A DNA stretch of 64,000 nucleotides from Rhodothermales bacterium (GTDB lineage: Bacteria > Bacteroidota > Rhodothermia > Rhodothermales > Bin80). Numbering within the stretch: position 1 is the first letter of the stretch; the number at the start of each line of letters is the position of its first letter. The position numbers and the translations under genes are program-made. The notes below the pieces were generated by a model. It saw only the letters and a program-made list of their open reading frames with translations, was not told the DNA's origin and made no database searches. Positions 17,231 through 24,611 of this stretch are shown here, one piece after another. The stretch spans positions 1,446,566 through 1,510,565 of the forward strand of contig OZ220707.1 in assembly GCA_965116685.1 (NCBI GenBank), given 5' to 3'.

Positions 17231-18981
17231 TTAGTTGGCTTGCCAGGCATTGGGCGAGTGCTCCAGCCCTCCTGTCCCTGAGTAATATGGGCCTCAATAT
17301 TCACAGGAAGATCATACAGGACCTGCATCTGCCCGTCAGGCCAACTGACCAGCATACTGTCTACAACTTCAATGTCCAGCATTCCGAATGCGGCAACGAT
17401 TTCATTCTGAGACAGGTAACTGCCCCCTGATCGAATCCGGCGCTCTTGAACCTGCTCGCCAGCATGTACCCGAATGTGTGCCCCAAAGGCGTCACGGTTT
17501 CCATTGGTACCCGTAACACTCACCCGGAGCCAATTTCGACCCATCACATCGTTGCGCCATAGGTGTGCTGGACCATGGTTCTCCACAATGAGAAAATCCA
17601 GGTCTCCATCCCGGTCATAATCTCCATAGGCTGCGCCACGGGCAACCATCTCCAGCGCAAGTGGGGGAGTCGTTGAAGCGGGAACTTCCTCAAACAAACC
17701 CGCTCCATCATTCGCGAACAGCTGTGCCCGCTGCTCATAGGTGATTTTATCCTGCCCAATCAGCCGGTCGGGGTAAACGTGTCCATTGGCAACAAACAGA
17801 TCCAAATCTGTATCCAGATCTACATCCACGAGCATGAGCCCAAACGTGAGCGTGTTGAGGCTGGGCTGACCAATCTGGGATCTTGCAGCACGATCTGCAA
17901 ATAGACCATTGCCCAGATACCGATAGACACCTATCATTTCTGTGGAAAAGTTGCCCACGAACACCGAGGGGTGACCAGTCCGATCCACCACACCAATATC
18001 AATGCCCATCCCGGCACGGGCTTCCCCATGCTCGCTGAATGCAATGCCGCTCTGGACACCGCGCTCAGAAAACGTACCATCTCTATTATTTAGAAACAGC
18101 AGATCTCCCTCTCCATCATTCGCGACCACGAAATCCGGCCAGCCATCCTGATTAAAATCCCATTCTGCCATTCCAAGTGCTTTTCCGAGTGAATGATACA
18201 CGCCGGCTTCCTGGGTCCGGTCCACGAATGAGCCATCCCCTCGGGCTTCATAATAACGACTGGCCTGCCCCTCATAGTCCGCAGGAATACAATAGAGCTT
18301 TTCAACTCCTCCTTCCGGACAAAATTTATCGGTTTCCGGGGTCCAGTCCGCATAATTCCCCACGTACACATCCAGCCATCCATCCCGATTCCCATCAATC
18401 CACAGGGCAGAACTGCTCCATTCATCCTCTAAACTGAGTCCTGCATCGACTCCCCGGCGCTCGAATACCCCCCCTTTATTTTCCAAGAGCATATTTTCAT
18501 TCAGGTTGGTGATCAGAATATCCTGATCCCCGTCATTGTCATAATCCGCTGTCGCCACTCCAAGGGTAAACGCATCAAGATCTCTCAACCCCACCTGGTC
18601 AGTCACATCTATGAATGTGCCATCCCCCATATTACGGTACATCCATAGGGGCTTGTACCACGGATGTGGAGCCCGATCCCAGTATCCCCCCCCCGTAAGT
18701 AGTATATCCAGCCAACCATCTCCATCATAGTCAATAAAACCTGCTCCCGAGCCCATCTGCTCCGCATAATACTTTTTGCCATCCTCCCCATTATCATGCC
18801 GGAACGTGCCAAGACCCGCCTCATCGGTCACCTCGGTGAATTGGATGAATCCCTGTTCAGGCACCGGATCCTCCGATATCTGACAGCCAAATATCCCAAA
18901 CGAGACTACAACGAGGACTCCTATCCTGCAAACCACAGCCAAATCAACCCAATACCTTAGGCTGATAAAGAGACTCTTCAC
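17227..18981 (-). CDS. CRTAC1-like FG-GAP/VCBS repeat protein with ASPIC/UnbV-type C-terminus, paralog 1
   Basis: It has the same architecture as the other two paralogs. The maximal ORF reaches 19200, but the first 73 codons look non-coding. A GTG at 18981 gives (M)KSLFISLRYWVDLAVVCRIGVLVVVSFGIFGC with a lipobox. There is an ATGA overlap with paralog 2. Confidence 0.8.
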   Translation of the reverse strand: MKSLFISLRYWVDLAVVCRIGVLVVVSFGIFGCQISEDPVPEQGFIQFTEVTDEAGLGTFRHDNGEDGKKYYAEQMGSGAGFIDYDGDGWLDILLTGGGYWDRAPHPWYKPLWMYRNMGDGTFIDVTDQVGLRDLDAFTLGVATADYDNDGDQDILITNLNENMLLENKGGVFERRGVDAGLSLEDEWSSSALWIDGNRDGWLDVYVGNYADWTPETDKFCPEGGVEKLYCIPADYEGQASRYYEARGDGSFVDRTQEAGVYHSLGKALGMAEWDFNQDGWPDFVVANDGEGDLLFLNNRDGTFSERGVQSGIAFSEHGEARAGMGIDIGVVDRTGHPSVFVGNFSTEMIGVYRYLGNGLFADRAARSQIGQPSLNTLTFGLMLVDVDLDTDLDLFVANGHVYPDRLIGQDKITYEQRAQLFANDGAGLFEEVPASTTPPLALEMVARGAAYGDYDRDGDLDFLIVENHGPAHLWRNDVMGRNWLRVSVTGTNGNRDAFGAHIRVHAGEQVQERRIRSGGSYLSQNEIVAAFGMLDIEVVDSMLVSWPDGQMQVLYDLPVNIEAHITQGQEGWSTRPMPGKPTN

Positions 18982-19266
18982 CTTTTTTATTGGAAAGGTC
19001 AATTTCAGCCTCGCAAGGGGGACTTCCCAGGTATCAACTTGGTTCATGATCGCTTTCATTTGATCAAGCACCCCAATCATGAGATTGGTCAGTACACAGA
19101 CGGGAAGTAAGACATCCCACGGAATTGAACACGGTGGATTTATGTTCCTGAAAAACAAAGAAAAACGAACACAAAAGCGAGAGAAAATTTTCAGTGTCAT
19201 TCAAGAGTTGAACTTTCAGGTCAGCTTCGCCTAGCTATCGCGGGAAAAATTCAAGATCATCTTTGG

Positions 19267-19623
19267 ATGCGATTCACCCCCTGGAGCAAAGAAATATTTC
19301 GAGTTCTGGTTCGCAAGTATGAAAGAGGTGGCCATAAAGGAGATCATGAAAGTGATCAAGATATCCAAATGACACGCCCGAGGGTTTGCAATGTACTTTG
19401 CCATGAACAGTCCAACGCCAGAGTGGAACGACTTAACGAGACACTTCAGGTGGTCAAAACGGCCGGGAAAAGATACGGAAAATTTAAAAACTTCCGGTCT
19501 ATAATTCTTCTTTTTCTGCGAAGATCTAAACCTGTATCCACAACATTCACGGTAGGGCCGAGTCCTTTAATCTCTACGTTCATTCCGATTTGAATGAGTG
19601 AAAACAGAAAGCGGAAGATAAGA
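19267..19623 (+). pseudogene. Possible ISL3-like transposase C-terminal relic with degenerate right end
   Basis: SNARVERLNETLQVVKTAGKRYGKFKNFRSIILLF resembles the ISL3 C-terminal motif SNGPAESINSRIKSVKIRARGFRNKQRF. Downstream, AGAAAGCGGAAGATAAG resembles the IS end TAAAAGCGAAGAGCC. The match is weak and was made by eye. Confidence 0.4.
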
Positions 19624-19798
19624 CCTGCAATCAGAATCACGCGGTCACTGATTCATCTGGATAAGTACTTGGAGGAGTCGAAAGTTCCAACTAGAAAGTT
19701 GCTCCTTGGTGAGACAGAGCGACGAACTGTAAAGCCTCACTGAAGATGTAGGTTTCACAATTTGAGTAATTGAGTGAAAGCCTGGGGGAAATGTAACC

Positions 19799-20626
19799 TC
19801 AGTATCGTCTCTCTCGCCGCTCCTCATACGGCACATACTGTCGCTCCTTAAGCGTGCCCGCCAATGCTTGTGATGCAGTTTCCTGCAACCGTTCTAACCA
19901 CTTTCTGTCAAGGATCTCCCGCTTTGCCATTTCCGCATTGTCATTTACCAAGATGTTTGCCATTTGAAGCAATGCGCTTTCCCGAATGGACGCGGATAGA
20001 CGGATAGCATCATCCATTAAGAAGAAATCAGAGCCCACGATATACCTTGTAGACACTTGTTTCATACGTTGCCGCTCTAATGTACTGAATGTGTCTAAAC
20101 CCCAGTAATCCACCATCATACGGAGAGTATAGAGACAGTTGCCGATCTGGTGTCGGGTAATACCTGGCAGTGGCGCTTCGACAAACCTCAAAACGGGCTC
20201 AAATGCCTGTCGTCCAAAATCAACCATTGCATCGCCCGGTCCACACCAAGGTAAAAGTACTGGAATTGTGGCGGGATCTCGCAACTTATATACTTCTTCT
20301 ACCAGGGCCAACGCTCGCTCTGCAGCTCCTTCACTCGTGTACATGGGCACTGAATCATCTTCGCTTAGCTCAATTCTGCGAATTCGCTTGATTTCATTAT
20401 CAAGTGCCTTAATCAGTGCAGAATTTACCTCTGGAGTGCGCTGATCCGGTGAGAGCGACAGATAGCCATCAATTCCGCTGAACGATGTCGCATGATCCTT
20501 GCTGACTAACAGCTCAATGACTTCCTCTGGGGAGGGGATGCCAGGTCTTTGTGCATTTGATTCCCATACAGGAAGAGGGGTAAGCAGAAGCGTAACGATA
20601 AAAGGAAGAGCAATTCTTGTTTTCAT
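19799..20626 (-). CDS. Secreted hypothetical protein, paralog P1 (candidate periplasmic immunity protein)
   Basis: The start MKTRIALPFIVTLLLTPLPVWESNAQ (Sec signal) at 20626 is preferred over 20737. The first roughly 100 aa are nearly identical to P2, and the remainder is about half identical. Confidence 0.8.
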   Translation of the reverse strand: MKTRIALPFIVTLLLTPLPVWESNAQRPGIPSPEEVIELLVSKDHATSFSGIDGYLSLSPDQRTPEVNSALIKALDNEIKRIRRIELSEDDSVPMYTSEGAAERALALVEEVYKLRDPATIPVLLPWCGPGDAMVDFGRQAFEPVLRFVEAPLPGITRHQIGNCLYTLRMMVDYWGLDTFSTLERQRMKQVSTRYIVGSDFFLMDDAIRLSASIRESALLQMANILVNDNAEMAKREILDRKWLERLQETASQALAGTLKERQYVPYEERRERRY

Positions 20627-20767
20627 GATCCGAGGGAGGATAGGATCACTTTTGAATGTGAAGATGACAATCAGGATACATGCCCCATGGGAGTGGGGCC
20701 AAATGTAGGTTTTCTGCAATTTTGTATAGGTCATCATAATAAGTCCTGTTACAACTGGTTCGGATAT
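20310..20767. repeat. 458-bp near-identical direct repeat, copy 1 (offset 1013 bp from copy 2)
   Basis: About 10 mismatches to 21323..21780 by eye. It covers the 5' 317 nt of P1, the 19-nt spacer and an orphan copy of the last 41 codons of the M15 peptidase gene. Confidence 0.85.
20646..20767 (-). pseudogene. Orphan 3' fragment of the M15 peptidase gene (last 41 codons)
   Basis: It translates IRTSCNRTYYDDLYKIAENLHLAPLPWGMYPDCHLHIQK*. The tail of the upstream gene reads IRTSCNRAYYDHLHKIAENLRLNPLPWGTYPDCHLHIQK*. The fragment lacks the SxHxxGxAxD part. Confidence 0.7.
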
Positions 20768-20817
20768 GCATATTCCGATGATGTGGGTAGAGGTACAGGG
20801 GATTGGCCCTTTGACAC

Positions 20818-21639
20818 CTACGGTATACGCTGCCCAGTCGGCTCATACTGACGCTCATTTAGCGTGCCCATGAGTGCCTGCCTAACAGTTTCCTGCAAAC
20901 GCGCTCGAGCTCTAGCTCTATTAACAGAACTATGTTTCGCCATCTCTGTGTCGCTATTCAGCAATGCATTTGCCATGTGTAATACCTCAACTTCCTGAAG
21001 TGACGATGCTAGACTGATCGCTCTATCCATCGTGGAGTTCTCAAAATCCAATATATACTGAACAGCTACTCGCTTCATTCGCTCCCGCTCTGACGTATTG
21101 AACGAACTTACCCCCCAGTAGTCTACCATCATCCGAAGCGTCAATAACCTACTTCCAACAATACGACTCATTGTGCCTGGTGGAGGATTTTCAACAAAAC
21201 TCAAAACAGGTCCGAAGGCTAGTCGCCCAAAATCAATTATTTCATCCTGAAATCCACCCCATGGCAATAGCAGCGGAATTGTGGAAGGATCCCTTAGATA
21301 TATTACATATTCCACTAGGAACAACGCTCGCTCTGCATCTCCTTCACTCGTGTACATGGGCACTGAATCATCTCCGCTTAGCTCAATTCTGCGAATTCGC
21401 TTGATTTCATTATCAAGTGCCTTAATCAGTGCAGAATTTACCTCTGGAGTGCGCTGATCCGGTGAGAGCGACAGATAGCCATCAATTCCGCTGAACGATG
21501 TCGCATGATCCTTGCTGACTAACAGCTCAATGACTTCCTCTGGGGAGGGGATGCCAGGTCTTTGTGCATTTGATTCCCATACAGGAAGAGGGGTAAGCAG
21601 AAGCGTAACGATAAAAGGAAGAGCAATTCTTGTTTTCAT
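20818..21639 (-). CDS. Secreted hypothetical protein, paralog P2 (candidate periplasmic immunity protein)
   Basis: 273 aa, with the same signal peptide as P1. It starts 19 nt after the reconstructed stop of the M15 lipoprotein gene. Confidence 0.85.
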   Translation of the reverse strand: MKTRIALPFIVTLLLTPLPVWESNAQRPGIPSPEEVIELLVSKDHATSFSGIDGYLSLSPDQRTPEVNSALIKALDNEIKRIRRIELSGDDSVPMYTSEGDAERALFLVEYVIYLRDPSTIPLLLPWGGFQDEIIDFGRLAFGPVLSFVENPPPGTMSRIVGSRLLTLRMMVDYWGVSSFNTSERERMKRVAVQYILDFENSTMDRAISLASSLQEVEVLHMANALLNSDTEMAKHSSVNRARARARLQETVRQALMGTLNERQYEPTGQRIP

Positions 21640-21780
21640 GATCCGAGGGAGGATAGGATCACTTTTGAATGTGAAGATGACAATCAGGATACGTGCCCCA
21701 TGGGAGTGGGTTCAAACGTAGGTTTTCTGCAATTTTGTGTAGGTGATCATAATAAGCCCTGTTACAACTGGTTCGGATAT
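21323..21780. repeat. 458-bp near-identical direct repeat, copy 2
   Basis: Partner of 20310..20767. It covers the 5' end of P2, the spacer and the true 3' end of the M15 peptidase gene. Confidence 0.85.
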
Positions 21781-23019
21781 CAACAGCCCTGCCCAACATA
21801 TGATAGCTGTCTTTCACTCCACCGACTGCACGGTTCCCCTTGGGACATCGATAGCGGAGGTCAGCACGATTGGTCGTCCATCCAAATCGCGAAGTTGCTG
21901 AATCCCATTCTTGATATTTGCCTTCATGATACCATAGGGGTTGTGCTTCCCGTATTCGCTTCCATTTCTCCAGTTTCCCATAAATTCCCTCCAGGAAAAA
22001 CTCCTAGTTGCCCCCCCGGTCATAAATTCAACGCAAACAGGCGTGTAGGCTACTTTCAACTCATCGTATTCTGCAATGAGGTCACAGATTTTTTTGTCCG
22101 TGCAGAGACATTCTTCAATTTTGTCGTATGGATCTGGATTTGCGTCTACATCGCTCTCACCACCCTGGCCATCACCGTCATCATTCTCATCTCCATCGCT
22201 TTCACCAGAACCTATTCTGGGGGTGATATCTGTAGAAAAGGAAGCACATGTCAGCTCTAATCTCTCAATAAACGGTAAACACGATTCCCCATAAATATAA
22301 TCATGCCCAACTCTACAGATATAAGCAAAATCAATATGGCTCACCCAGCAATAAGTAATCGTATCATTCTTGCCTGAAGTTGGCTGTTGTGTCAGTGTCA
22401 TAGTCGTCTCTTTTGGATCTTGTCCGGGGGCATATACTGTGGTCTTGATCGATTCGTATCCGATCGTATACTGTGCAACGATCATCCGATTGTTTCCAAA
22501 ATCCCCGGACAACCACTGGACAACATAGTCCCTGAATAGAGAATCGTCCAGGTCCAGGGCAATGAATTCAACCAACCGTCCGGAAATCCTTTGCCCTTGC
22601 CTATCCACATCAGCCACTAGGGTTCGTACCACGGATAAGCCAGAGTGGTTGGGACTAGTGGCAGTTCCCTCAAGAAGGGTTGCTGCAACATACCCACCGG
22701 TTGCATGATCCCATGTTTCGATCTGATCCCAGTCGGGTGAATGCTGTTGTACCATGGCTGCAAGGATCGTAGCAACCGTACTGTCATTACCTATCTTGTT
22801 ATATGAACCATTCGGCAGCGAAGGAATAAATATCTGGCCTTCTTCCAAAGCAGTGGTATACCACTGCTTGACCGTTCGAATTCGTTTGGATTCTTCTTCA
22901 GGTGAGCCTATATCTGGCACGAATGAGCTGTCACAGGACGCAAACAAAAGCAGTCCAAAGAGTAGTAAGATCTTAAGTTCGCGGCGCGGAACAAGTAGAG
23001 ACGCTCTATTGAAAACCAT
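21659..23019 (-). pseudogene. Lipoprotein with C-terminal LAS/M15-type zinc D-Ala-D-Ala peptidase domain, disrupted by a 1-nt frameshift near 21857
   Basis: The likely start is MVFNRASLLVPRRELKILLLFGLLLFASC at 23019. The track ORF ends ...FSWREF...DLDGRPIVLTSAIDVPRGTVQSVE* at 21814. The adjacent frame reads RYRCPKGNRAVGGVKDSYHMLGRAVDI...DCHLHIQK* down to 21659. SYHMLGRAVD matches SxHxxGxAxD exactly (codons 21808..21779). Confidence 0.75.
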
Positions 23020-23387
23020 ATCCTGATTGGGTGAACCTGTGAATGAAAACGGCATGTAAAAAGTCAGTTGGGAACTGGAGTGAGAGGATTGCCTCAATAG
23101 GCCGTGACCTCTGCCTGAATGAGCATTTCGGCTAACACAACGATCCCCTCGGAATTCCGGCCGCTTGAAGCAATGTAGCGGAATATTCGGGGCTTGGGAT
23201 CACCCATTCCTCGTAGGTTGGGCGGGATTCATGGTTTTGAGGGATGGGTTTTTATCGGACATGACTGGACGGCTCGTTTATGAGCGTCCCATGCCCATCC
23301 ATCCCCCCAACCAATTCACCATTACGGCAGACCCTGCACCAAGCTTTCCACAAGAAATCCATACGATATATCTTGTCCATCAGAGCC

Positions 23388-23430
23388 AATAAAGAAAGCG
23401 GAGAACCGGGATCTGATCCCAATTCTCCGC
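23388..23430 (-). terminator. Rho-independent terminator after the PorV-like gene
   Basis: The minus-strand RNA reads GCGGAGAA-UU-GGGAU-CAG-AUCCC-GG-UUCUCCGC, followed by UUUCUUUAUU. It lies 46 nt after the stop at 23476. Confidence 0.7.
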
Positions 23431-23475
23431 CTGCAACCTGAATATTTTTTATCCAGGGTTGGTCACGCCGAAGCT

Positions 23476-24543
23476 CTATAGACCAATCTGAAGTCCAATC
23501 CGATTGACTGCGCCAAACAGGCCGAAGTCGGTGTAGGCATAATCCGCTCCAACGTTGAATCCTTCAAATGCATACCGAAGTCCTGCACCGGCGCTGAACC
23601 CTTGCTCTTCACTGACACCCAACTGCTCGAATCCTCCACGTAACGATACCATATCCATGAAGGTGTACTCCAGGCCAAAGCGAACATGCTCTGCAAAGTC
23701 ACGTGGACGCTGCGCATCCACATGCAATTGAATGCTGTGCATATCCGGATCAATCGCGGTAAGATCCATCAGATTCATGGACATCCCAATCTGGAAGGTC
23801 AAGGGTAACTCAAACCGTTCGCGTACATAGATCTGCTCTTGCCCGAAATTACGGGCACTCATACCGATCACCAGACTCTCAAATCCGGTTGCGTACACAA
23901 TACCAAAGTCGTACGCGATCGTCCGGGTATTGTAATCTTCTGTCGTAGCAATGACTCCCGTATCAAAATCCTGTGAGGTTGCAAACCCGGAGCCGATATC
24001 CTGGAAGACAAGCTTTATATTCGCACCGGCCGAGAAGCGGTCACCGAAGGAGCGGGCATACCCGAGCCCGACTGCCATCGCCGTAGGGCTGTACGTGCCG
24101 TTTTCAATAAATCCATCATCGTTATTTGAGCGAATCGTGTGATGAAAATCACCGTAGTCAACGGACACGAGCGAGACGCCCACGACACCATAATTACCAG
24201 CCGAACCTGGACGGAAAGCAACGCTGGCCTGCGTGTACCCAATGTCTGCAATGAACGACATATTCGTCGCTGCTGCGGACATGCGCCCGGGCATAAAGCC
24301 CATACTCGCAGGATTATAGAACATCGACACCGAAGAACCTGACAGTTCCGCCGTCATGGCAGAACCAATCGCAGAAGCCCGTGCATCCACGGATATGCTG
24401 AGAAACTTCATGCCAGCCTGGGCACGCTTATCTGTTTCCACCTCCGTATCCGACGTTAGGCCTGCCTGGCCATAAGACATTGACACACCAACAAACACAA
24501 GTGCAAGGATGGGCAATGTTGAAAAGAGAGTATACTTTTTCAT
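23476..24543 (-). CDS. PorV/PorQ-like outer-membrane beta-barrel protein
   Basis: It has a signal peptide and the motif AGMKFLSISVDARASAIGSAMTA...MFYNPASMG, characteristic of the PorV/PorQ (FadL-like) family. An amphipathic beta-strand pattern runs throughout. Confidence 0.65.
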   Translation of the reverse strand: MKKYTLFSTLPILALVFVGVSMSYGQAGLTSDTEVETDKRAQAGMKFLSISVDARASAIGSAMTAELSGSSVSMFYNPASMGFMPGRMSAAATNMSFIADIGYTQASVAFRPGSAGNYGVVGVSLVSVDYGDFHHTIRSNNDDGFIENGTYSPTAMAVGLGYARSFGDRFSAGANIKLVFQDIGSGFATSQDFDTGVIATTEDYNTRTIAYDFGIVYATGFESLVIGMSARNFGQEQIYVRERFELPLTFQIGMSMNLMDLTAIDPDMHSIQLHVDAQRPRDFAEHVRFGLEYTFMDMVSLRGGFEQLGVSEEQGFSAGAGLRYAFEGFNVGADYAYTDFGLFGAVNRIGLQIGL

Positions 24544-24571
24544 TTCATTGTGTTTTCTTTGGGTGATGGGC

Positions 24572-24603
24572 TGCGCCGCGCTTTACCATCAAGGCGCGGC
24601 GCA
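24572..24603 (-). other. GC-rich intercistronic hairpin (10-bp stem, 12-nt loop), no U-tract
   Basis: TGCGCCGCGC (24572..24581) is the reverse complement of GCGCGGCGCA (24594..24603). It lies between the stop of the 781-aa gene and the start of the PorV-like gene. Confidence 0.7.
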
Positions 24604-24611
24604 AACCACAT

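Noticed and set aside
23165-23392. 75-aa plus-strand ORF between the M15 lipoprotein gene and the PorV-like gene.
   Set aside because: It has no motif and no convincing start context. It runs up to (ends 5 nt upstream of) the terminator hairpin of the opposite strand. I treat it as intergenic.
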